Shown: positions 12,165-21,363 of the stretch, piece by piece
How the letters are laid out: every line of letters begins with the position of its first letter
Position numbering within the stretch: position 1 is the first letter of the stretch
NCBI GenBank assembly: GCA_937983495.1
Contig: CALKAA010000112.1
Location: 1-36,141, forward strand
DNA length: 36,141 nucleotides
Reading direction: 5' to 3'
From: an uncultured Gemmobacter sp.
Lineage (GTDB): Bacteria; Pseudomonadota; Alphaproteobacteria; Rhodobacterales; Rhodobacteraceae
Program-made: the position numbers and the translations under genes
Notes under the pieces: generated by a model
What the model was told of the DNA's origin: nothing
The model's input: only the letters and a program-made list of their open reading frames with translations
The model's database searches: none

Positions 12165-14801
12165 CTATTTGGCCAGCGCTGCTTTCATTTCATAGACCAG
12201 GTTCAACGCGGCCATTGGCGTTAATTCATCTGGGTTCACAGCAGACAGCCGGTCCTCAACGACAGAGGTCTTCGCTGGCTTGGCTGGGGCAGGGGGGGCA
12301 ACCCGGAACAAAGGCAAATCGTCAATCAGAGTTTTTTGCTTTTGACCTCCTGTTCTTTCTCCTGCCTCCAGTGCTTCAAGCACAACCTTTGCCCGCTCGA
12401 TAACCGCCGCAGGCAAGCCCGCCAAACGCGCGACCTGCACACCATAGCTGCGATCCGCAGCCCCTTTGCGCACCTCATGCAGGAAGATCACATCCCCTTC
12501 CCACTCCTTGACAGCCACGGTGGCATTTTCGACCCCGGGCAGTTTCCCCGCCAAAGCCGTCATTTCATGGTAATGCGTGGCAAAGAGAGCGCGACAGCGG
12601 TTCACATCATGCAGATGCTCCAGTGTTGCCCAGGCAATGCTCAGCCCATCATAAGTTGCAGTACCGCGTCCGATTTCATCTAGAATCACCAAGGCGCGAC
12701 TGTCTGCCTGATTGAGAATTGCTGCTGTCTCCACCATCTCGACCATGAAGGTCGAACGTCCGCGTGCCAGATCATCGCTGGCACCCACCCTGCTGAACAG
12801 TTGGCTGACAAGCCCGATATGCGCCATACGCGCTGGCACATAGGAGCCTGCCTGGGCCAACAGGGCGATCAGCGCATTCTGTCGCAGGAAGGTCGATTTA
12901 CCAGCCATGTTCGGGCCGGTCAGCAACCACACCGCTGGCGTCTTGTCAGTCGTCAGGGCGCAGTCATTGGCAACAAACGGCACGCCCTGTCTGCGCAGGG
13001 CGCGCTCGACCACCGGGTGCCTGCCGCCCTCAATCGTAAAGGCCTGCGAGCTATCGACGCGCGGCCGAACCCAATCCTCGCTCATAGCCAGATCGGCCAG
13101 GCCAGCTGTCAGATCAATCTCTGCCAAACCCGCCGCAGCCAAACCGATAGCGCCAGCGACAGCCAGCACCGCAGAGCGCAACATCGCAAAATGACGCTTC
13201 TCCAGTTCCAGCGCATGATTGCCAGCATTCAGGATGCGCGTCTCCAAGGCGCTCAGCTCCAGTGTGGTAAAGCGCACCTGATTGGCTGTCGTCTGGCGGT
13301 GGATGAAGGTCTCGCTCAAGGGTGGTGCGAGCATCTTCTCGGCATGGGTGGAGGTCGTCTCGATGAAATAGCCCAGTACATTATTATGTTTGATCTTCAG
13401 GCTCTGTACGCCAGTTCGCGCCACATAATCGGCCTGCATGGCAGCAATCACGCCCCGGCCTTCATCCCGCAAGCGCCGTGTTTGATCCAATTCGGGGTCA
13501 AAACCCTCGGCAATAAACCCGCCATCCCGGGCCAGAAGCGGAGGCTCTACCACAAGGGATTGATTTAACAAGGAAATAATTTCGTCATTGCCCACCAGCC
13601 CAGCCGAGGCTTGCCGCAGCAATGGGTCTTCAACCCCTGACATTCGGCGGGCAATCAATGCTGCCTGTTCCAGCCCGTTGCGCATCGCAGCCAGGTCGCG
13701 CGGCCCGCCCCGATCGAGCGACAGCCGGGACAGTGCCCGGTCCATGTCCGGTGCCCGCCGCAAAGCGTCGCGCAGATCCTCACGCAGCCGCGCATCTTCC
13801 AGCAACAGCGCCACGGCCGCATGCCGGGCTGCGATTTGCCACAGATCGCGAGAGGGGGACGACAGCCGTCGCTCCAACAGCCGCGCGCCGCCTGCTGTCA
13901 CGGTTCGGTCCACCACATCCAGCAGAGAACCTGAGCGCCCGCCGGTCATCGCCGTCGTGATTTCCAGATTTCGCCGCGTTGCAGCATCAATCTGCATGGA
14001 CCCGCCAAGGGATTCTCGCTGTGGCGCGCGCAACAAGGGCAGTTTGCCGCGTTGGGTCAAGTCCAGATAATCGACCAGTGCACCCATCGCCGCAATCTCT
14101 GCCCGATCAAAAGCGCCAAAGGCCTCCAGCGTGCCGACCTGCCACAACGCGCAAAGTCGTTTTTCTGCTCCGGCACTGTCAAACGACCCTCTTGAAAGTG
14201 CGGTTACAGAGCCGCCCAGGTCTTCCACCAGACCGCGCAGGTCACCCTCATGTCCTTCGCTCAACAAGACCTCACGCGGGGAGAGCCTTGCCAGTTCGGG
14301 TGAGAGCCGTGACCTGGGGCAGGGCATCACGCGCAGCTCACCGGTTGAAATATCGGTCCAGGCCAGCGCGCCTTCATCGCGCACCTCGGCAAAGGCGCAG
14401 AGGTAGTTGTGCCGCCGCGCCTCCAATAGCGTGTCTTCGGTCAGCGTGCCGGGGGTCACCAGCCGGACCACATCACGCCGGACCACCGATTTAGAGCCGC
14501 GCTTCTTGGCCTCTGCCGGGTCTTCCATCTGTTCGGCAATCGCCACCCGAAAGCCCTTGCGGATCAGTGCCAGCAAATAGCCCTCCGCCGCATGCACCGG
14601 CACCCCACACATCGGGATCGGCTGGCCCAGATGAAAGCCCCGCTTGGTCAGTGCAATATCCAGCGCTTCCGCCGCCGCCTCGGCATCAGCAAAGAACATC
14701 TCGTAGAAATCGCCCATCCGGTAAAACAGGATCGCGTCGGAATAGCCCGCCTTGATTTCCAGATATTGCGCCATCATTGGCGTCACGGTCTCATCAGTCA
14801 C
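12165..14801 (-). CDS. mutS: DNA mismatch repair protein MutS
   Basis: TPMMAQY, FYRMGDFYEMF, TGPNMAGKST, STFMVEM, DEIGRGT and ATHYHE motifs. Confidence 0.98.
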   Translation of the reverse strand: MTDETVTPMMAQYLEIKAGYSDAILFYRMGDFYEMFFADAEAAAEALDIALTKRGFHLGQPIPMCGVPVHAAEGYLLALIRKGFRVAIAEQMEDPAEAKKRGSKSVVRRDVVRLVTPGTLTEDTLLEARRHNYLCAFAEVRDEGALAWTDISTGELRVMPCPRSRLSPELARLSPREVLLSEGHEGDLRGLVEDLGGSVTALSRGSFDSAGAEKRLCALWQVGTLEAFGAFDRAEIAAMGALVDYLDLTQRGKLPLLRAPQRESLGGSMQIDAATRRNLEITTAMTGGRSGSLLDVVDRTVTAGGARLLERRLSSPSRDLWQIAARHAAVALLLEDARLREDLRDALRRAPDMDRALSRLSLDRGGPRDLAAMRNGLEQAALIARRMSGVEDPLLRQASAGLVGNDEIISLLNQSLVVEPPLLARDGGFIAEGFDPELDQTRRLRDEGRGVIAAMQADYVARTGVQSLKIKHNNVLGYFIETTSTHAEKMLAPPLSETFIHRQTTANQVRFTTLELSALETRILNAGNHALELEKRHFAMLRSAVLAVAGAIGLAAAGLAEIDLTAGLADLAMSEDWVRPRVDSSQAFTIEGGRHPVVERALRRQGVPFVANDCALTTDKTPAVWLLTGPNMAGKSTFLRQNALIALLAQAGSYVPARMAHIGLVSQLFSRVGASDDLARGRSTFMVEMVETAAILNQADSRALVILDEIGRGTATYDGLSIAWATLEHLHDVNRCRALFATHYHEMTALAGKLPGVENATVAVKEWEGDVIFLHEVRKGAADRSYGVQVARLAGLPAAVIERAKVVLEALEAGERTGGQKQKTLIDDLPLFRVAPPAPAKPAKTSVVEDRLSAVNPDELTPMAALNLVYEMKAALAK

Positions 14802-14927
14802 GGGCGGCCCTCCATCATTGTGCCGACCCTACAAAACCGCCCGCGTGGCGAAAAGCGCCAAACCGCAATTGGCAGAGGGCGGGCAGGGCGTTATGAGGTT
14901 CAGGAACCCCAACAGGATGGCCCCCTG

Positions 14928-17183
14928 ATGACCAAGACCAAAATCACCGCCGAAGAGGCGCTCGCCTATCACCTTGAGCCGCGCCCCGGCAAATACGACA
15001 TCGTGGCCTCGACCCCGATGGCCACACAGCGCGACCTGTCGCTGGCCTATAGCCCTGGCGTTGCCGTGCCGGTCCATGCGATCGCCGAGCGCCCGGAGAC
15101 GGCGTATGATTACACTGTCAAAGGCAATATGGTTGCCGTGATCTCGAATGGCACCGCCATTCTGGGTCTTGGCAACCTGGGTGCGCTGGCCTCCAAGCCG
15201 GTGATGGAAGGCAAAGCGGTTCTGTTCAAGCGTTTCGCCGATGTCAACGCCATCGACATCGAGTTGGACACCGAAGACCCGGAAGAGATTATCAAGGCCG
15301 TTTCTCTTATGGGCCCCACTTTTGGCGGCATCAATCTGGAGGACATCAAGGCCCCCGAATGTTTCATCATCGAGCAACGCCTCAAAGAGATGATGGATAT
15401 TCCGGTGTTCCATGACGACCAGCATGGCACCGCCGTGATCTGCGCCGCCGGTCTGCTGAACGCGCTGGAGATCAGCGGCAAGAAGATCGAAGATGTGAAA
15501 ATCGTCCTCAACGGTGCCGGTGCTGCCGGGATTGCCTGTCTGGAACTCCTGAAATCCATGGGTGCGCGGCATGACAATTGCATCATGTGCGACACCAAGG
15601 GCGTGATCTATCAAGGTCGCACCGAGGGCATGAACCAGTGGAAATCGGCCCATGCTGCCCGCACCGAGGCCCGCACGCTGGAGGAGGCGATGCAGGGCGC
15701 CGATGTCTTCCTGGGTGTGTCCGCCAAGGGTGCCGTGACGCCTGAAATGGTCGCCAGCATGGCCGAAAACCCGGTCATCTTCGCCATGGCCAACCCAGAT
15801 CCAGAGATCACCCCGGAGGAGGCGCACGCCGTCCGCGCCGATGCTATCGTCGCCACGGGCCGCAGCGATTACCCCAATCAGGTGAACAACGTCCTGGGCT
15901 TCCCCTACCTGTTCCGTGGCGCGCTCGACATCCACGCTCGCGCCATCAATGACGAGATGAAGATCGCCTGCGCCAAGGCCCTCGCCGCCCTCGCCCGCGA
16001 GGATGTGCCCGATGAGGTCGCCATGGCCTATGGCCGCAAGCTTGCCTTCGGCCGCGATTACATCATCCCCACCCCCTTCGACCCGCGCCTGATCCATGTG
16101 ATCCCCCCCGCCGTCGCCAAGGCGGGTATGGATACTGGCGTCGCGCGCCGCCCGATCATCGACCTGAAAGGCTATGAGGCCGCGCTCAAGGCCCGGATGG
16201 ACCCAACCGCCTCGATCCTGCAAGGCGTCCATGCCCGCGCCAAGGCCGCTCAGGCCCGCATGATCTTTGCCGAGGGCGACGACCCGCGCGTGCTGCGCGC
16301 GGCCGTGGCCTATCAGCGCGCCGGGCTCGGCAAGGCCCTTGTGGTGGGGCGTGAAACCGAAGTGCGCGAAAAGCTGGAGGCCGCCGGCCTGCAAGACGCT
16401 GTGCGCGAGCTGGAGGTGGTGAATGCCGGCAACAGCCGCCACCTTGATCAGTATAAGGACTTCCTCTATCAACGCCTGCAACGTCAGGGCTTCGATGATC
16501 ACGATATCCGCCGCCTCGCCACGCGTGATCGCCATGTGTTCTCGGCGCTCATGCTGGCCCATGGTCATGGCGATGGCCTGATCACGGGGGCCACGCGCAA
16601 GTCGGCGCATGTGCTCAGCCTGATCAACCATGTGTTTGACGCCAAGGCCGCTGATGGTGCCGTGGGCGTCACAGCTTTGCTGCACAAGGGCCGGATCGTG
16701 CTGATCTCTGACACTCTTGTGCATGAATGGCCTGATGCGCAGGATCTGGCACAGATCGCCATTCGCTCGGCCAGCGTGGCGCGCGGGCTTGGGCTGGAGC
16801 CGCGCGTGGCTTTCGTCAGCTTCTCGACCTTTGGCTACCCTGTTTCCGAGCGCGCGACCAAGATGCACGATGCACCGAAGGCGCTGGATGCCATGAAGGT
16901 CGATTTCGAATATGATGGCGAAATGGCGGTGGATGTGGCGTTGAACGCGCAGGCCATGTCGCAATATCCGTTCTGCCGTCTGTCGGGCCCTGCCAATATC
17001 CTTGTGGTTCCAGCCCGGCATTCGGCCTCGATTTCAGTCAAGCTGATGCAGGAAATGGCGGGCGCGACGGTCATTGGTCCCATCCTGACCGGGGTCAAGA
17101 AGCCGATCCAGATCTGTTCGACCAATTCAACAGTGAACGATATCCTCAATATGGCGGCTCTGGCCGCTTGCAAGATCGGCTAA
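14928..17183 (+). CDS. maeB: NADP-dependent malic enzyme with C-terminal PTA-like domain
   Basis: SLAYSPGVA, KPVMEGK, FHDDQHGT, ATGRSDYPNQVNN and AEGDD motifs. Start ATG 14928; the ORF-track extension overlaps mutS and is not credible. Confidence 0.96.
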   Translation: MTKTKITAEEALAYHLEPRPGKYDIVASTPMATQRDLSLAYSPGVAVPVHAIAERPETAYDYTVKGNMVAVISNGTAILGLGNLGALASKPVMEGKAVLFKRFADVNAIDIELDTEDPEEIIKAVSLMGPTFGGINLEDIKAPECFIIEQRLKEMMDIPVFHDDQHGTAVICAAGLLNALEISGKKIEDVKIVLNGAGAAGIACLELLKSMGARHDNCIMCDTKGVIYQGRTEGMNQWKSAHAARTEARTLEEAMQGADVFLGVSAKGAVTPEMVASMAENPVIFAMANPDPEITPEEAHAVRADAIVATGRSDYPNQVNNVLGFPYLFRGALDIHARAINDEMKIACAKALAALAREDVPDEVAMAYGRKLAFGRDYIIPTPFDPRLIHVIPPAVAKAGMDTGVARRPIIDLKGYEAALKARMDPTASILQGVHARAKAAQARMIFAEGDDPRVLRAAVAYQRAGLGKALVVGRETEVREKLEAAGLQDAVRELEVVNAGNSRHLDQYKDFLYQRLQRQGFDDHDIRRLATRDRHVFSALMLAHGHGDGLITGATRKSAHVLSLINHVFDAKAADGAVGVTALLHKGRIVLISDTLVHEWPDAQDLAQIAIRSASVARGLGLEPRVAFVSFSTFGYPVSERATKMHDAPKALDAMKVDFEYDGEMAVDVALNAQAMSQYPFCRLSGPANILVVPARHSASISVKLMQEMAGATVIGPILTGVKKPIQICSTNSTVNDILNMAALAACKIG

Positions 17184-17197
17184 AAGGGGCGTGTGGC

Positions 17198-18061
17198 ATG
17201 ACGGTTTACAATCTGGGTTCGATCAATATCGACCACGTTTACCGCGTGCCACACCTGCCTGCACCGGGGGAAACCCTCTCGGCGCAGGTCTATTCACAGG
17301 GATTGGGGGGCAAGGGTGCCAACCAATCCGTTGCCGCGGCGCGTGCAGGGGCGAGGGCCGTGCATATCGGTGCCATTGGTGGCAACACCCATTGGGTGCT
17401 GGATCAGTTACAGCAATATGGTGTTGATATCTCATGCGTTTCCACGCTGGCCGAGGCCACGGGTCATGCCATTATCAATGTCGATCCAGAGGCTGAAAAT
17501 GCCATCGTTATCTATCCTGGTGCCAACCGTGCCTTGACCCCCGCTATGGTGCAAACGGCCTTATCCGGGGCTTTGCCGGGAGATACGCTGCTGATCCAGA
17601 ACGAAACCTCTGCACAGGCCGAGGGGGCAGCATTGGCCGCCGCAAAGGGTCTGCGCGTGGTTTATTCGGCTGCACCCTTCGATATTGATGCGGTCAAGGC
17701 TGTACTGCCACACACCAGCCTGTTGGTGATGAACGAGATCGAGGCGGAACAGACCCGCGAGGCCCTGGGTGCCTTGCCGCCGCTGGATTGCATCATCACC
17801 AAGGGCGCGAAAGGTGCCGAATGGCTTTCCGCAGGCGCAGAGCCGCTTTTCATGCCCGCTTTCCAGGTTGTCCCGGTTGATACGACCGGCGCGGGTGATA
17901 CCTTTATTGGCACTTTGGCTGCCGCACTCGATCTCGGGCTGGATCGCGCGGCGGCTATGCGCCGTGCATCAGCCTCTTCGGCGTTGCAAGTGACGCGTGT
18001 CGGTGCCGCTCAGGCGATTCCAACTGCGGCTGAGGTGGAGGCTTTTCTGCAAAAACAGTGA
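17198..18061 (+). CDS. rbsK: Ribokinase (PfkB family)
   Basis: GSINID, GGKGANQ, QNET, NEIE and DTTGAGDTF motifs. Confidence 0.88.
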   Translation: MTVYNLGSINIDHVYRVPHLPAPGETLSAQVYSQGLGGKGANQSVAAARAGARAVHIGAIGGNTHWVLDQLQQYGVDISCVSTLAEATGHAIINVDPEAENAIVIYPGANRALTPAMVQTALSGALPGDTLLIQNETSAQAEGAALAAAKGLRVVYSAAPFDIDAVKAVLPHTSLLVMNEIEAEQTREALGALPPLDCIITKGAKGAEWLSAGAEPLFMPAFQVVPVDTTGAGDTFIGTLAAALDLGLDRAAAMRRASASSALQVTRVGAAQAIPTAAEVEAFLQKQ

Positions 18062-18066
18062 CGTTT

Positions 18067-21000
18067 TCACGTCACCAGCATCAGTTCTGCGGTTTTGGTC
18101 CAGAGCAGCGCGGTCTCAATCCTGCGGTCTGGGTAAATCTGCTGCAAGGCCATGGCATAGGCGCGCATTTGTCGTAGCAGTCCCTCTGGCACTTCCTCGG
18201 GTGTTCTCGGCACGATCTGGTTCGATTTGAAGTCAACTGCCAGCACGCGCTGTGGTGTGAGGATCAGCCGATCAATCGCGCCAACCATCCGCTGACCATC
18301 AATTTCCGCCGTCACAGAGACCTCTTTCAGGCCATTTGGCGCAAAAACCTCTGCCAGATGCGGTGCAAGGATCACGCGCTTCGCTTCCTCCAGCAGGTCT
18401 GGAGCGTGTGGGACCAGCACTTTGGCCATGTCTGGCCAATCTGGCTCGGGGGCGTCTGGCAAATGCTCCAGCAGCAGGTGCAAATCCGTGCCACGCGCCA
18501 TCGCGGCTTGCTGATCAGCCTGGCTTTCGGTTTCGCCAAACAGCGCCTTCGCCCCGCCAAGTGCAGAGGGAGAAAGGGTCTTTGCCGTATCCTTGGCAGC
18601 AGGCGCGATATGCGCCGTCCAGTCTGGCAGGGTTGTTTCTGGCGGCACCTTTGCAGGCGCGGAGGTGTCTTGACCGCTCGGCCAATCGCCATGCGCAAAG
18701 CTCAGCATGCCAGCTGGTCCTGGGGCTGCACCAATCCGTTCGGCCCCGGCGCGGATCAGATCATACCAAGCCGGTTCGCGTGCAGTTTTGCTATCCCGTT
18801 GCGATGCCAGGTTGCCGGCTGCCGCAACGATCAGCCAACTTTGCGCGCGCGTCAGCGCCACATAAAGCAGTCGCATCGATTCCGCCTGCGCCCGCGCCGC
18901 CCGCTCGCGCCGTACTTCCTCGATCGCATTTGGACTTTCGCCCGACGGCATGCGCCAAACGGCTGTTTCACCCAAAGCGTACAGCTCGTTACGGTCTTGC
19001 GGTGTCAAATCGGCTGTATCGGGAAGGATGACGATGGGGGCTTCAAGCCCTTTGGCACCATGCACCGTCATGACCCGGATCTTGCCACCAGCACCCTCCA
19101 TCTGGCGCTTGATCTGCACGTCATCGGTTTGAAGCCATGTCAAAAAGCCAGTCAAACTGGGCACTTCATTGCGCTCATAGGCCAAGGCCTGCGCCAGTAG
19201 CGCGTCAATTCCGTCTTCTGCTTCTGCTCCAAGCCTGGCAAGAAACTTGCGTCGGCCATCATGCCGGGTCAGGGCGCGTTCGATCAGATCAAACGGGCGC
19301 AAATAGTCGGCATGATCGCGCAAATCCGCAAGAATAGAGATGATTTCTGTGTGTTCCGGCGCATGGCGAAGCGCTTCCCAAAGATACCCTTTGCGTGGCT
19401 GCGCCAGTGCGTAAAGTTCAGCCTCTGTCATGCCCAGCAATGGGGATCGCAGCAATTCCGCCAGTGCCAGATCGTCTTCGGGCAGCGTCAGGAAGGCCAA
19501 CAACGCCTTGATGTCCTTTACGGCCATCTCGCCACCAAGATGAAGCCGGTCAGCGCCGGCAATCGGCAGGCCTGCCGCCTTGCAAGCCCGGATCACCTCG
19601 GAAAACAGGGGCGAGCGGCGGCGCACGAGGATTAAAAAATCTCCCGCCGTCACCTTGCGTGGCCCTTTGGCACCCGGAATCAGTGCTTCGGATGCCAGAA
19701 TTTGCGCAATGCGCTCGGCTACCCGTCGACCCAGTTCGGCAGTATGGTGTTCCCCTGCAATCAGATCGACCGGATTTGTCCAATCCTCATCTTCAGGGTT
19801 TGATGAAGGGGCAATGGGGGGCCAGATTTCCACGCGTCCGGGCATGGATTCTTGAAATGCGATGTGATGCGACCGCCCGCCAAGCGCGGGGTGCAGCGGC
19901 TCGGGAAAGGTTGCGTCAACCAGGTTCAAAATGGCAGGCGAAGACCGGAAAGAGTGTTCCAGTTCAAGGATTTGAAAAGGTGCTCCAACATTGTCCAACC
20001 GGTTGCGGAAAGTCTCGCGCATACGAGAAAATGCCGAGACATCTGCACCTTGGAATGAATAGATCGACTGTTTCTGATCGCCCACGACAAAGATTGTCCG
20101 ATCCAGATCGCGCGCGCCTTCGCCGGATGTGAACTCCTGCGCCAGCAGCTCAATCACGCGCCACTGATCAGGGGAGGTATCTTGTGCTTCATCCACAAGA
20201 ATATGGTCAATCCCGCCATCCAGCCGAAACAGAACCCATTGCGCAACGGCCGGGTCTGTCAGCAAAGCCTTGGCGCGCGCAATCAAATCATCGAAATCCA
20301 GCGCACCACGCAGGGTTTTGCGCTCGGCATAGATTGGCAGAAAGCCGGCCGCGAACTGGTGTAGGGCGGCGCTTCGGTCAACAGCGCGCAATCCCAGGCG
20401 CAGCGGGCGCGCATCCTCGACGCGCCGCATCAGATGGGCGAGCCTGTCTCCCAGTTCACCAAGCGCCTGCCGCGTGTCCTTGGTCGGGAAGCGGTCGGTT
20501 TTGGCGGCAAAGGGTGCTTTTGCATCGGCCCCATACAGGAACAGGTTTTCAAGCTCAGGTAGCACACCAGGTTGAGGCGTTGCCCAACTCACCTGGCCAA
20601 GCCTCAGGGCTGCCTTGACATCACTCTCCTTGCCTTTGGCCATGATAGAGACGACTTCCGGCATCCAAAGCGACTCATCGCCCAGAATGACCTGTGCCAG
20701 AAGCGCCTCGGCGGTCAGGTCGGCGGGTAAATCGAACAGCTTGGCAAGTTCGGCACGCGACAGGGGGCGAGACAGGCGCTGCGCTTCGCGCGTAACCTCT
20801 GCAGCTAGCTGGCTGAAATCTTCGCCAGTATAGATCGTTGCGAGGGCAGAAAGCGTCTCTGCCAAGGCAGAATCGGCCATTTCTTCGATAATTTCTTCCC
20901 GCAGTAACTTGGCCGCCCGGTCGTCAAGTTCGGTAAACTGCGGTGAGACGCCCGCTTCCAGCGGGAAGCGTCGCAGCAGTGTGGCACAAAAGCTGTGGAT

Positions 21001-21363
21001 GGTTTGAATCCGCAATCCGCCGGGGGTTTCAATCGCGCGGGCAAACAGGCGGCGTGCTTCTGCCAATGTGGCCGGTTCGACGCTTCCCTCAATGCCAAGC
21101 GCCTCCAGTGCCGGACGCAGCGTTTCTTCTGGCATCATGGCCCATTCGCCCAGCCGCGCGAACAGCCGGTTCTGCATCTCCGAGGCTGCGGCTTTGGTAT
21201 AGGTGAGGCATAGGATCCGGGCGGGATCGACCCCGGACAGCAGCAAGCGCGCCACCCGGTCTGTCAACACCCGTGTCTTGCCGGAACCGGCATTGGCAGC
21301 GAGCCATGTCGACCATCCGGGGCGGGCGGCATCAACCTGACGTTGGCTGGCACTGTCACGCAT
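18067..21363 (-). CDS. addA: Double-strand break repair helicase-nuclease AddA
   Basis: ANAGSGKT, TYTKAAA, VDEAQDT, VGDQKQSIY and TVHGAKGLE helicase motifs, plus the nuclease motif GAIDRL...VDFKS. Confidence 0.96.
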   Translation of the reverse strand: MRDSASQRQVDAARPGWSTWLAANAGSGKTRVLTDRVARLLLSGVDPARILCLTYTKAAASEMQNRLFARLGEWAMMPEETLRPALEALGIEGSVEPATLAEARRLFARAIETPGGLRIQTIHSFCATLLRRFPLEAGVSPQFTELDDRAAKLLREEIIEEMADSALAETLSALATIYTGEDFSQLAAEVTREAQRLSRPLSRAELAKLFDLPADLTAEALLAQVILGDESLWMPEVVSIMAKGKESDVKAALRLGQVSWATPQPGVLPELENLFLYGADAKAPFAAKTDRFPTKDTRQALGELGDRLAHLMRRVEDARPLRLGLRAVDRSAALHQFAAGFLPIYAERKTLRGALDFDDLIARAKALLTDPAVAQWVLFRLDGGIDHILVDEAQDTSPDQWRVIELLAQEFTSGEGARDLDRTIFVVGDQKQSIYSFQGADVSAFSRMRETFRNRLDNVGAPFQILELEHSFRSSPAILNLVDATFPEPLHPALGGRSHHIAFQESMPGRVEIWPPIAPSSNPEDEDWTNPVDLIAGEHHTAELGRRVAERIAQILASEALIPGAKGPRKVTAGDFLILVRRRSPLFSEVIRACKAAGLPIAGADRLHLGGEMAVKDIKALLAFLTLPEDDLALAELLRSPLLGMTEAELYALAQPRKGYLWEALRHAPEHTEIISILADLRDHADYLRPFDLIERALTRHDGRRKFLARLGAEAEDGIDALLAQALAYERNEVPSLTGFLTWLQTDDVQIKRQMEGAGGKIRVMTVHGAKGLEAPIVILPDTADLTPQDRNELYALGETAVWRMPSGESPNAIEEVRRERAARAQAESMRLLYVALTRAQSWLIVAAAGNLASQRDSKTAREPAWYDLIRAGAERIGAAPGPAGMLSFAHGDWPSGQDTSAPAKVPPETTLPDWTAHIAPAAKDTAKTLSPSALGGAKALFGETESQADQQAAMARGTDLHLLLEHLPDAPEPDWPDMAKVLVPHAPDLLEEAKRVILAPHLAEVFAPNGLKEVSVTAEIDGQRMVGAIDRLILTPQRVLAVDFKSNQIVPRTPEEVPEGLLRQMRAYAMALQQIYPDRRIETALLWTKTAELMLVT

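Noticed and set aside
13565-13579. CtrA-like TTAA-N7-ATAA inside mutS
   Set aside because: Imperfect, intragenic and not near a gene start.
14829-17021. 730-aa antisense ORF opposite maeB
   Set aside because: It mirrors the maeB frame. Long stop-free antisense frames are expected with strong GC3 codon bias, and it has no recognisable motifs.
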